The notes beneath the pieces are model-generated. The model was not told the origin of the DNA. It ran no database searches and was given only the letters and a program-made list of their open reading frames with translations. DNA of 64,000 bases from contig JAIVFI010000033.1 in assembly GCA_025558095.1 (NCBI GenBank), positions 248,001 through 312,000 on the forward strand. Reading direction: 5' to 3'. The stretch comes from Hyaloraphidium curvatum SAG 235-1. Taxonomy: Eukaryota; Fungi; Monoblepharomycota. This document shows, piece by piece, positions 11,754-23,054 of this stretch (positions within the stretch are counted from its first letter, which is position 1; every line of letters starts with the position of its first letter). The translations under genes and the position numbers were made by a program.

Positions 11754-12514
11754 TCACGCCGCTAGCGACTCCCCCACGTGCCGAACCGCCGCCCTTTCCA
11801 TCTCCACGACGAGATCGACGTCGTCCACCGGCGGCGCTTGGAAGGAGACGAGGAAGGGAAGGCGGAATTTGGTGGCTGCGGGGGGCCAGGAGGGGTTAGT
11901 CGGCGGTCAGGGGTGATGTCGTTCCCGAAAGCGCAGATGAACCGCGAGCCAAAATTTGACCACACGAGTAGCGGCACAGAGGGCGTCAAAGGTCGTGACT
12001 GGCCAAATTCGTGACTGTTGGCTTTCGGATCGACCGCAGCCGGCGCTGATCTCTTTCCGGGCCGCGAGCCCGGAGACAGGCCGCGGCCGGCGCCAAACGC
12101 GCATTCCTTGCCAAAAACCCCTCCGGCGGACCCCATAGGAACCGGAAAGCCCGATCGTGGTTCATAGCGGGCGATGCCGCCGCGATCCCCACCTAAACGT
12201 CTCGCCAGGCCGGCGCTCCGCTCGTCGACTCCCGCGCCCAGCAGCGGCGACACCGGCGCCATCGCGCCGAAACGCGGCGGCACGGCGGCAGCTAGCTCAT
12301 TTAAAAGAGCCGTGGGAGGTCCCGGTTCGGGTGTGGAAGGGGCGGCGGGGCCCAGCCAGAGGTGGACCGCCTTTCCCGGGTGGGACGCCTCCGCCGGCGC
12401 GTCCTGCCCCGGCGGGGCCGTCTCCGCCAGCACCACGATGAGCGTGGCAAAGGCAAAGTCCCCGCCCGTCCGCGGATCCCGGATCGTGTCGACGAAACTC
12501 GCCTGGGAGATCAT
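11754..12514 (-). CDS. PSMG4: Proteasome assembly chaperone 4 (PAC4/POC4), two exons
   Basis: VHLWLG...LNELAAAVP...RSAGLARRL|ATKFRLPFLVSF...VEMERAAV; intron 11876-12192 (GTGGGG...CTAAC...CAG). Confidence 0.75.
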
Positions 12515-12588
12515 TTCATTGCGCGATTCGCGCGATGGCGATCAACATCAGCCACGTCCGCGACCAAAGGGAACCGCGGAGATTAGCG

Positions 12589-14837
12589 ATGGCGTCAGCG
12601 CCGGGCCCGGTGCCGGCCGAGCCCCCGGATGGCCGGCCAATAGACGCTGCGGTCGTGCCGCGGACGCTGGTGGGTGCCTTGCCCCGGCGTTTCCGGCGTC
12701 GCTGAACCCCCGCCAGCACGCCAACCCAAGTTTCTGTTTGCGGCATAGGCCGGACCTGCTGCACCGCGACGAGGTGCTGCAAGAGGAGATGGAGGTCCGC
12801 GAGGTGCGCCGCCCTCTTGCCGCCCGCGGGCCGCCGCTGACAGTCCCGGAATGTGCCCCACGCACCGCCACCCCGCTGGATGCCCTCCAAACACCAGGCC
12901 CTGGCGACCGTCGACGCCGGCGCGCGGTCTTCGATCTCGTCGATCTGGGAGCTCTACTCGGCGCTGCCGGCCCGCCACCGCTCGCTGCTGCTGCGCGGCC
13001 TGCTGCAGCAGTCCTGTCTGCCGCAGCTGTCGTTCCTGGCGCACGCTCTCAACACCCTGCTGCGCATCGATTTTTTGGCCATCGCGCCGCGGGAGCTGTC
13101 GCTCAAGATCCTGTCGTACCTCGACGCAAAGTCGCTGTGCCGCGCCGCCAGCGTGTCGCGCGCCTGGAAGCGGCTGGCGGACGACGACGTCATCTGGCAC
13201 ATCATGTGCGAGCAGCACATCGACAAGAAGTGCGCAAAATGCGGGTGGGGCCTGCCGCTGCTGGACATTACCAAGTTCCGGAACAGGCCGCGGCGCGGCT
13301 CGCTCTCGTGTGGGCCGTCGGGCCAGGACGGTTCCTACTCTGACGCGGATGGGTCGGGCGGCCGGTCCAAGCGGAAGTATTCGGACGACGACCGCTCGGA
13401 TAACGAGTGCAGCATTGCCATCAAGCGGCGCTCGACAGACTCGGACCAGAGCTCCTCGGCTTCGCCGCCCACCCACCCCTTGACGCACGTGTCGCCGTCT
13501 CACCACTCGTCGCTTGACTCTCCCGAACACCACATCCGCTACGATTATTTCCGCACGCACATCGGCTCTCCCAATGTCGAAAGGCTCAACGCGTTCTCGT
13601 CGCCCGCCGGCCCAGCCGACGGCCTCCCGCCGCTCGGACCGTGTGGCCACTTGGGCCCCCTCGAGGATGTGCCCCACCACCCTTCGTCGCACCGCCCCGC
13701 GCCCCGCCCTTGGAAGGAAATCTACGCGGAGCGGTACGCCGTGGAGCGCAACTGGCGCACCGGCACGTACCGCTTCCGCTCCCTCCCCGGCCACGTCGGC
13801 GGCCTGACGGCGCTCCACATGGACGACGAGCACGACCGCCTCGTGACGGGCGGCGCGGACGGCTACGTGCGGCTGTGGAACCCCGAGACGGGGAAGCTGG
13901 TGCAGGAGTGGAACGCGCACGCGGGCAAGACGGTGCGCTCGGTGCAGATCGACGGCCCGCGGATCTGGTCGGCCGGCATGGACGGCTGGGTGCGGGTTTG
14001 GGATCCCAAGAAACCGACCGGGCCCGTGCGGGAGCTTTCGGCCCACGACGGCGGCGGGGTGACCAGCATGCACGTAGACGGATTGCGGCTGCTGACGGGC
14101 CACGAGGACGGCAAGGTGCTGCACTGGAACCTGCGCACCGCGCACGCCCTAAAGCTGTCGGGGCACACGGACTGGGTAAACTGCGTGCGCTTCCACGGCA
14201 AGACCGACGTCGCCTTTTCTGCTTCGGACGACCGCACCGTGCGGATGTGGGACCTAGCGGCGCGCCAGTGCGTGCGCGTCTTTTCGGGCGACAACAACGC
14301 CGTGCAGTGCGTCCGCGCCTCGCCGCCCCCGGCGGACCCGCACGCGCTTGTGCGGATGGTGAGCTCGGGGGACGACAACACGGTGCGGGTGTGGAACGCC
14401 TCCACGGGGCAGCTGGTGCGCACCATCTTTGGCCACATGGAGGGGGTGTGGTCCGTCTGGTTCGACTCGCTCCGCGTGGTTTCGGGCGGGCTCGGGGGGC
14501 GGGTCAGGGTGTGGGATACCGAGGACGGGCACGAGCTGCTGACGCTGGACCCGTCGAAGGACGCGGAGGAGGCCGAGGCTGCGGGCGGCGGCGACGGGCA
14601 CGCGCAGCCGCACCCGCTGCCGCAGGTGGATGGCGAGGAGCAGGCGATTAGGGGCCGGTCCATCTACGCGGTGCAGAGCACGGACACCAAGATCGTCGCT
14701 GGCGGAGAGGATGGCAGGGTGTGGATATACGAGTGAGTTGTGTCCCGTCGCAGCCCTGATGCGGTCGGTTTGCTTATCAACGTTACCTGCTTAGCTTTGG
14801 GGAAAGCCTGGACTGGGAGCTCCGGGCTGGTCTCTGA
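12589..14837 (+). CDS. MET30: F-box/WD40 protein Met30/SconB (sulfur regulator)
   Basis: FCLRHRPD; LLRIDFLAIAPRELSLKILSYLDAKSLCRAASVSRAWKRLADDDVIWHIMCEQHIDKKCAKCGWGLPLL; RPWKEIYAERYAVERNWR; WD40 repeats; last intron gives ...IYDFGESL. Confidence 0.9.
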
Positions 14838-14984
14838 TTGCGCCACGGAACGCGCAATAATGTAGATAGGCACGATATCTTTCCTCCGCATTGGATGCTT
14901 GGGGCGCACATCATGAGGTGACATTGCCGTTCAACAAAAGATCGATTGTATTTCAATTCAATGAAAAATGGTGCGGAGTTCCGC

Positions 14985-15775
14985 TCATGTGACCCTTCTT
15001 GCTGGACTCGGTTTCCAGGATCCCGGTTGGAAATGTTCGAAGCTTCCACTCGGTTCCGTCTGGAGCGCGTCGAGTCCCTTTGGTCTCCGACCCGGCGCGG
15101 GTGCCGGTGCTGGCTCAGTGGCCGGCGAAGGAGCTGCAGGCTGCTGCGTCGCTGCCGCCTCCGCTGACCCGGCCGCCACCCCAGCACCGGGCGACCCCGC
15201 GAGCGCGAGCATCTTCTGCTCCTTTAACCGCGCTTCGATATTCCGGACCTTCTCCGCCATCAGCATGGCGCGGCGTTCCGCGGCAAGGAGCTCCTCGGGG
15301 CTTGGCGCTGTTTCGAACGCGATCGGTCAGTCACTTCGCGCGGCACACGAAGCGGACCCACGATTGTCACGTCCACGGGTAAGCCAGGCTCTCCATTGTA
15401 CTGTGGTGTTCGAGTCGTCAGTTTTGATCGATGAGACTTCGCCAGAGGACCGTCCGCGCCGGGGAACACTCCGCAGACCGCCCAGCGATTCCGATCTGGT
15501 GTTCCAGCTCACCTGGAATCTTTGTCGGATCGTACTCCGACAGCTCCACAGTGTTCTTGGGTTCCATGATGCGCTTTGGAAGCTCATTGCCTGCCCCATT
15601 AACCGCGCCGTGAGCCACCGGGAGCAGGGTGGAAGCCGGAGGAGCGACACGGACCCTCGGCCTTCACTTCGTAGTACGTGTTCCCGAAGTGGTCCTCGCC
15701 CACGAAGACCCGCGAGGAGAAGGGATTCTGGACGGTCTTGAGCCGCCGGAGGGCCGCGGAAATGCGCGAGGCCAT
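14985..15775 (-). CDS. NDUFAF2: Complex I NDUFA12-family assembly factor (NDUFAF2-like)
   Basis: FVGEDHFGNTYYE, DPTKIP|VQWRAWLT, PTAEELLA, C-terminal FQPGSWKP. Confidence 0.75.
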
Positions 15776-15867
15776 CCTCCGAGGGCGTGAGGGCTAGCGT
15801 GGGACGCAATCTCTGAGACGGTCTCGGACGTGCGCGGAAACATCTCGGGATCAGCGCGAAGCTCTTG

Positions 15868-17151
15868 ATGTCTTCGGCATGGCGGAAGGCGTACTACGGT
15901 GCGGGCTCACGCTGGGGAGCAATGTCCGGGCGACTTAGTCTGGACTGTCGTGACAGGCACGCTCGGCGTACAGGTCGTCGACGTCGCTCCGCAGGTCGAA
16001 AATGCCATGAACGAGGACGTGCTGGACATTGACAAGCTGCAGAAACTGTGCTATTGGGTCCGAATTCCCCACCACTTCCGCACGCGGGTGTGGAACGTCC
16101 TGCTGGGCGTCCGGCCGACGCTGCGGGACCTCTGGGGCTTTGTGGACGCGCAGCACGAGCAGCTGTACGGCGATCTCCGCGAAGCGGCGCGATACGTGTT
16201 TGCGCCGTTGCCAGAGGGGTACGTTGGCCAGAGACAATCGAAGGAAACGGAGCCTCAACTTGCGGCTTTCCACAGCCTCGACGAAACGGTTGCGGAAGTG
16301 GAGGTCATGGTCCGGATGGCAATCTTGCAGTATGCAGGCACGGACCAGAAGCGGAGCCATGCTCGGGCGCACATGGTTGGTGTGGTGCTGAAGAGCTCTG
16401 CCCGACATAGTGACTGACAAGGGCGCCAGGCCAACCCGTCTTCTCCCAGCCTGCGCCATCTTTACCACATAGCGCGTGCCATGCTCTCCATCTGCGATAA
16501 GGCGCCGATCCCCGCTTTCTGGCTCTTCCTCGCCTTTCTGCGTTCGCAGTCGGGGCGTGCGGGCCACTTTCCTCCGGTTGCTTTCTCGGAAGACCTCGCG
16601 GAGCAAACAAAGAGCGTGTACCGCGAAGTTCGCCAAGCGGAGAGGATACTCACGGAACAAGGCGGGGAGCAGGGGCGCGTGGTCAAAGCCCGCCTTGCCG
16701 CTTTGGGCGTGAAGCTGGACGAGCTGCTGGTTAGGTCGGTGGCTCGCTGCACGTGTCCAGCAACCGGAGTGACGGCTCACTCTTGATTCTCTGATCCAGC
16801 ACGTTCATGGCCAGCTTTGCCGACATCTTCCCCGACCAGTGCCTGGAGCGCATTTGGGACATTGTTTTGGGGGGATCCCGGGACATTTTCGCCTACGTGG
16901 CGTGCGCGCTCCTCATAGCCCTGCGGCGGAAGCTCGAGGAAGCCACGGACCCGTCGCGGCTCATTGCGGAAATGAGGGACAGAACTGCATCAAGCGGAAT
17001 CGACATGGATGCCGTGACCCAGACGTCGATCAGCCTGTGGGAGCGGTCGCAGCCACAATACTCGGTCTTCAGGTCGTCAACATCGCCCAATCAAGGCACT
17101 GGCGCTCCTGGAGGCACTGGAGGCAGTGCGGGAGCCCCAAGACCTCCATGA
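15868..17151 (+). CDS. TBC1D7: TBC1 domain family member 7 (TSC complex subunit)
   Basis: WRKAYYGTLG...EDVLDIDKLQKLC...IPHHFRTRVWNVLLGVRP resembles human FRSVYYEKVG...DRLDTEKLC...LPSMYRALVWKVLLGILP; CLERIWDIVLGGS. Confidence 0.8.
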
Positions 17152-17304
17152 AAGCCCGCAATGGTTTCCCTGCTTTCGCCGTCGGCAATCGCAAGCCAAA
17201 GGGGGGCAGAGTGTTTGTCGTAAGCTGCGAGCCGGAGTGCGACGCATTGAAGCTGATTGCCTCTACTCCGATGCAGGACACGCTGTGCTACATTGGCCAG
17301 ACAA

Positions 17305-19133
17305 TCAGTTCTCCTTTGCCGGATCCCCGGGAGCTTCGGGAGGCGGTCCGCCGGCGAGGACTTCTGCTGCATCGAAGAGCAGTCGTTTCTCGGAAAGCCG
17401 CAACAGGACGGCATTTCTGCGAATAGAGCCTGCGGGAAGCTCTTTCAGCAGCGCAATGTCCTCTTCCATCGACGTCGGGTAGGCGCGGCGCGAGACTTCG
17501 GCGCGGACCCGAATCCAGTTGTAAACCCTGTTGGGGAATGAATGGATCGGTGACGGCCAATGAGGCTGTCGCCTGTACGCACTGTTTTTCGAGCTTCTCC
17601 CCGAGCGAATAAGGACGACTTGCAAATTCCGGCTCCTCCTCGAGATGGTCCACGATACGATCGAGACCGTCCTGGTCTGCAAGTAGGATCCGGACAAATG
17701 TGAAGAGGGTCTTTGATTTGCCCGGGTAGGGAGGCAGTCCCAAGTCCAGCATCATGGGTCCGCTGATATCCCGATTAGCCAGCTTCGTGCGACCCGTTGC
17801 GGAACTTCCCACCCGTTGCCCAAAGATATTGCCTGCAGGATCTTCTCCCTCTGAAGATTAAGTTTGTTCCTCTCCGAAGGCAGAGCGACAGGCATCTTGG
17901 TAGCTTCCAACGGGCGCTCTTCGTCCACGAAACCAGAGTACATCAGCAAGGCGTCGTTCGGACGGGAGCCGTAAGTTATCCGAACTTGCTCCCCTTTCTT
18001 GTAGGGCCTCGACGTCCGGACGTCATTCGTTTGCGCCGCGTAGTCATGGTCCATCACAGGCTCAGGCAACCAGGAGTGATTGAACATGTCAAGCCCCGGC
18101 ATAAAGGCAAGTCCGACTCTGGTAGGATCGCCACTTAAAGGGAAATCGTTCTGCCGTGACATGGAAATTGCAACGGCCCAACGGAACGCGCGCCAAGTGA
18201 ACTGCAGCGGCTGCAGTGCCAGCTGTGCGGCGGCCGGCGCAGGGAGAGGGGCGCTGAGGGCATTGTAGATGGAGATATAGGCTCGGATGATCGATTTGAC
18301 GTCCCTCGTTATGCGAACTAGGCAGGCCGGGCGATGAGAGCGTGCAGCCACACCGAGACATCCTGGACTCACTCTGCGTCGGGGAGCCCTTGAGCAGTTC
18401 GATCTCGTCCACTGTCCAGAACAAGGGCACGGGCACCCTTCTCGGCAGAACGGCGATATACGGTTTCCAAAACGACTTCGCGTCGTAGGCTTCAACAAGC
18501 AGCCGAATCGGCAAAATAAAGGTCTGCAACGTCCGCACCACCGGTAGTCTTGTCAGGAAGTTTTCTGTGACAGATCAGATCAGGTGCTCGCCAATAATCC
18601 GCAACGGCATGTCGCACGTAGTCTCGTGTCCATGGAAGCCCAGTCGGTCGAAAGCATGAGCTTTGCCGGCACGCTGAGCACTGTCTCCTGGGCCTGAAGA
18701 TCCGCGTCACCATTGACACATATGGGCGCTCTTCCTACAACGGCTGACCTCCAAATCTTGCTTGGCCACGACTCCGTTTCCATGGTCGAGATCGGCCGCG
18801 AATTCGACCTTGTCCAGTCCCGACACGCCATTATCCGCAAGCCACGAGGTCAACAGGGTGAAGTCCGTGGTCGCCGGGGCCTGGGAGGGGTCATCGCGCG
18901 GTGCTACGCGGTCCTGCAGATCCATGAGCGCGTCCATGCTTTTCATGATGTCCCGGAACTGTTCCCAGGCCTTTGCCGGGGGCACGTCGGACGAGCATTC
19001 TGGAACCCGGGGCCCGTCAGGACGCTGTCGAGTCTACCGGGAGGCGCCAGTCCAACGCACGTTGCAATATGCTCGAAAGCAACGTGCTGATCGAAGAAAG
19101 AGTCTTTGCCCGATCGTCCTTGGCCTTGGGCAT
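17305..19133 (-). CDS. SETD3: SETD3-like SET-domain methyltransferase with Rubisco-LSMT-type C-domain
   Basis: AWEQFRDI, GNGVVAKQDL, SFWKPYIAVLP, FTWRAFRWAVAISMSRQN, DMFNHS, TYGSRPNDALLMYSGF, YPTSMEEDIALL, LRLSEKRLL. Confidence 0.75.
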
Positions 19134-19219
19134 CGGACAGAGGAGTGACGGCGCAGACTGCTGTGATCGGCCGCGCGATCGGACTTTCACAACTTCCTCG
19201 CCTGGCGGCACGCTCCTAA

Positions 19220-20390
19220 ATGATGCTGCGGGCCAATAAGTTCAGCGAGCTCCTCGGGATCTCGTCCTTTGCGTTGATTCAGGCACCAATGGTGCGCCAG
19301 TAATGCCTGTTTGGGCGGGAGACACTCACGGATTCCTCAGGCAGGGGGACATAACGCTCCAGCGTTGGCTGCGGCCGTCTCGGAAGCTGGTGGCATCGGC
19401 TTCCTTGCCGGCGCCCTCCTGTCTCCGGCCCAGATACGGGCTCAGATCGCCGAGGTCCGCGCGGTTAACCGCAGCAAAGCGTTCGGTGTCAATCTGTTTG
19501 CGCCCACCCCCCCGCCGAAACCCGCAGAAGAGTGGACGGAGGAGGAAAAGAAGGCGGTGGAGACGCAGGAGAAGCTGTTCAACCAGTACCGGCGTGAACT
19601 TGGAATGGCGGAGCTGGTCCCGCCTGCCGCAGCGGCAGCGCCTGCTTTCACCTTCGACGACCAGCTGGCGGCCATTCTGGAGGAGAAAGTGCCGATCTTT
19701 TCCTTCACGTTCGGATCCATACCCGACTCGGCCATGGCGAAGCTCAAGAAAAACGGGGTGCTGGTGATGGGGACGGCGACGAACGCAACGGAGGCGGTGG
19801 CGTTGGAGAAGCAAGGATGCGATGCGATCATCGCACAGGGTGCCGAAGCCGGAGGACATCGCGGCACGCATGTCAGCTCCGCACCCGGATCGGGCCTGGT
19901 CGGTGCCTTTGCTTTGGTTCCGTCGATTGTCGACAGTGTGTCGGTGCCTGTTGTTGCCGCTGGTGGGATCGCCGATGGCCGCGGAATCGTAGCCGCCATG
20001 GCCCTCGGTGCCCAAGCCGTCAGCGTGGGAACGCTTTTCCTCACTTGCAAGGAATCCGGCTGCCCGCAGTTCCACAGGAGGGCGTTGGCGGAGTCGAAGC
20101 CCGAGGATTCAGAGATCACGCGCGCATACACGGGGCGGAACGCCCGCGGGCTCCGAAACCGGATCATGGAAGAGATGGGGGCAGTGGAGAAGCTTTTGCC
20201 GAAAGGCTACGTGTCGCGGTCGAGGGATGTCTTTGCCGAAGCCGCGAAGCTGGAAAGGGGCGACCTGTTCCCGCTTTGGACCGGACAAATGGGCTACAAG
20301 GCTGCGGCATCGGCCGGGAAAAGCGCGGGCGACATTGTGCAGGACCTCATGAAGCAGGCCGATGAGCTTCTGGCCAGCTTCTGCAAATAG
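19220..20390 (+). CDS. Nitronate monooxygenase (FMN-dependent, class I-like)
   Basis: IQAPM|AGG..ALAAAVSEAGGIG, FGVNLF, QGAEAGGHRGT, VPVVAAGGIADGRG, GTLFLTCKES, TRAYTGRNARG, LWTGQ; one 5' intron. Confidence 0.9.
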
Positions 20391-20416
20391 ACACGGGATC
20401 GAGTGTGCATTGCTTC

Positions 20417-21757
20417 TCATTCCGTTGCTTCCTCGGCGACATCCGTCGGCGAACTAGCGAGCGATCTAGGCGGCGGTGGTCGCGTTCTGGAGACCATTGC
20501 GAACCAGAACTCAGCGATTCTGTCCATGTATCCCGGCATGACGACCGTGTCGTTGTGGGTCCCGTTGGGGAAGCTGAACCACCAGCCATGTTCCGGCGGC
20601 GGTGTTGGCGTCCGACGCTTTGCTGCGTGATACAGCGCGTGCATGTTGTGTTCGCGGATAAGCTCGTCACGTGCTCCGGAAAGGAAACACATCGGAACGT
20701 CGGACGATATCCGAGCAATCGACTCCTCCGAGTTCCACTTGTCCTTGACCATCCACGTCAGGCGCAGCTTGCCGATGATGGGCATCACTTCAGGAACGAG
20801 CTTCGCCTGTGGGCCGAGAGTGTTAAGCTGGACGTTCCGCGATGTCGCAGACTGGCAACGCACCAGGGAGAGGAACGTGTTTTCGACGATGATACCATGG
20901 ATCTTGCCCTGGTTTTCGGGCCGCGCGGCGGTGTCGATCGTGACGGCACCGCCGATAGATTGTCCGTAAAGCACGAGCTTCGTGTTGCCCAGCACAGGGT
21001 GGTTGTAGATGTAGTCCATCGTGGTCTTCACATCCGTCCGAATGCCGGCCTCGTTCGGCTTCCCAGTACTGAACCCGTACCCGCGGTAGTCCAGCATGAC
21101 AATGTTGCAGCCAAAGCGAGCGTGGAACCAGCGCGCAATCGGCAGGCGATGGCCCATGTTCCCCGCGTTGGCGTGGAAGAACACGAGCGTGTACTCGGAC
21201 CATTTGTCCGGATCCGTCCCCAGGGAACCAGGAGCTGCGGAGCCTTCCGCAGCTGCCCGTTCGTCATCGCTTCCTTTTGAATCCGCCCGTTTCCGTTGCC
21301 TCAGACCGTCGTCAGCTGCCGCATCGGCGGGGCCGTCGCTGCCCCCCTCCTTAGCATCTCCCGACTTGCCACGGGCTTTGCCCCTGATAACGTAGACTCT
21401 GATGCTGAAACCGTCCGAAGTCTCCAACGTCAGGTCCTCGTAGTCCGGCATGCCAAACTCTGGGGGCTTGAACACGACCTGGCGTGACCCTGGCGGGAAC
21501 GCGGACGGATAGATGATCTCATTCTGGTAGATGCTGGTCGGGACGTTACCACGGATTGGAGAACAGCGGCAGAGAGGCTGAACTCACTAGAGAAGCGTGC
21601 AGCCCGCAATGACTGTCGCGCCGACCACGACGAGTCCGGCCCTGAGGATCGAGAAACTCCACGCCAGGAACGTGCTTCCCCCCGCGGCAGCCGCTTCAAC
21701 CGCTGCCAGCGTGCCGTTCACGTCCGTTCCATTGCTGGAATTACTAGATTCGGTCAT
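20417..21757 (-). CDS. BEM46: ABHD13/Bem46 alpha/beta hydrolase
   Basis: YQNEIIYPS, FHANAGNMGHRLP, DYRGYG, YGQSIGGAV, ENTFLS, GTHNDT. Confidence 0.92.
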
Positions 21758-21867
21758 TTTTACGCGTGGACGTGGTCGCGTCGCGATTGGACAGCCGCGT
21801 GATCAGACCCGACATCTGGTCGGCATGCCCATCGCAGCCTCTGATGCCCATGAGCCATTCGCTCGAT

Positions 21868-22969
21868 CTACACAGAATCGGTCGCTTTCATCGTCGCAGT
21901 TTTGTCGCCCTTCTTTGGTTGCTGCCCCTTCTTCTGCACGATCGGGGCCGTGGTCTCCACCGTCTTGATCTGTAGGTTGGCATAGATCGGCTCCTTTGAA
22001 CGGCCCCCAGAGCCTTCAGTATCGGCTGATGTGGCAACGGTCGTGCCAGGCAGCCACGGAATCGGCGGCACTTTCACGGAACCGACGAGTTCGAAGAGCG
22101 CCTCGGACGATGGATTCCGCTGCAGTGAACCCGTGAGTGACAGCTTACCGGCAAGCTAGCTAGCGACGACTGACCTTGAGTCCAAGCACGATGACCCTCT
22201 TCATCGTCAGGGTGGCGGCGAGTTTGTTCTCCGAGCCTTTTGGCAGCGGGATCAACGGCACACAGGCAGGTTCCGCGCCGCCGCCGCCCGATCGCCGAGC
22301 CATCTGGCAGAGAACGGGCAGGTGGGCATACAGATGCGGCGGATTCGCGTCCTGCTTGCACAGAAAGACGCAATCGATGTCCGCAGGAAGTCCAGTCCTC
22401 ACCGCCTTTTGCAGGTGCCGTGTGACCCCATTGATGCCAATGTATGGCATGAAAATGCCCGGTAAATCGGCGGGCGCGCTCAAACTCGTCGATCCCGGGG
22501 GTGCAGCAGCATCCACGGGTTCAGGCTCTTGCTCTGCGGCCTCTCCGTCTGCCGAAGCGTCCTTGTCCTTCCGAGATTTCTTCTCCCTCCGCTTCTGCTT
22601 CTTGATCTCCCTCTTCGTTTGCTTTCCATCCCCAAGAGGCTTCAGAATGGAGCAAAGCTGGTCCAGGAGGCGCTCGGCGAGGTCGTCCGGAAGTGTTGCC
22701 CTGTTCGGCAGCGTCAGTTCGAGGGAGCCCCGAGACTGCGCATCGCGAAACACGAACCACTTCACGGCATGAGGAGAGTCCAGCGAGTGCTTGAACGTCT
22801 TCTTTCTGCCCAGCGATCGCAAACTGGCATCGTCATTTGCGGCGGCTTTGGCCTTGCCCTTGACCGGGCCCGGCGAGGGAGCCGGAGGGACGTTGCCCTG
22901 AGCAGCGCCTTTCTTCAGCGGGCCAGCATCGTCCGGGCCCCGCTTTCGCTTCTTTCCGGCTTGCTCCAT
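21868..22969 (-). CDS. POP3: RNase P/MRP subunit Pop3/Rpp38-like (L7Ae fold)
   Basis: KHSLDSP, IGINGVTRHLQ, VFLCKQDANPPHLYAHLP, LIPLPKGSENKLAATL, VPPIPWL. Confidence 0.75.
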
Positions 22970-23054
22970 CTGAATGGACGAGGCCGCCCTTCTGAAATGT
23001 CTCATGCAATGTCAGGTGACGAGGACAATAGGACAATTGATCCGCGCGTTGGGT

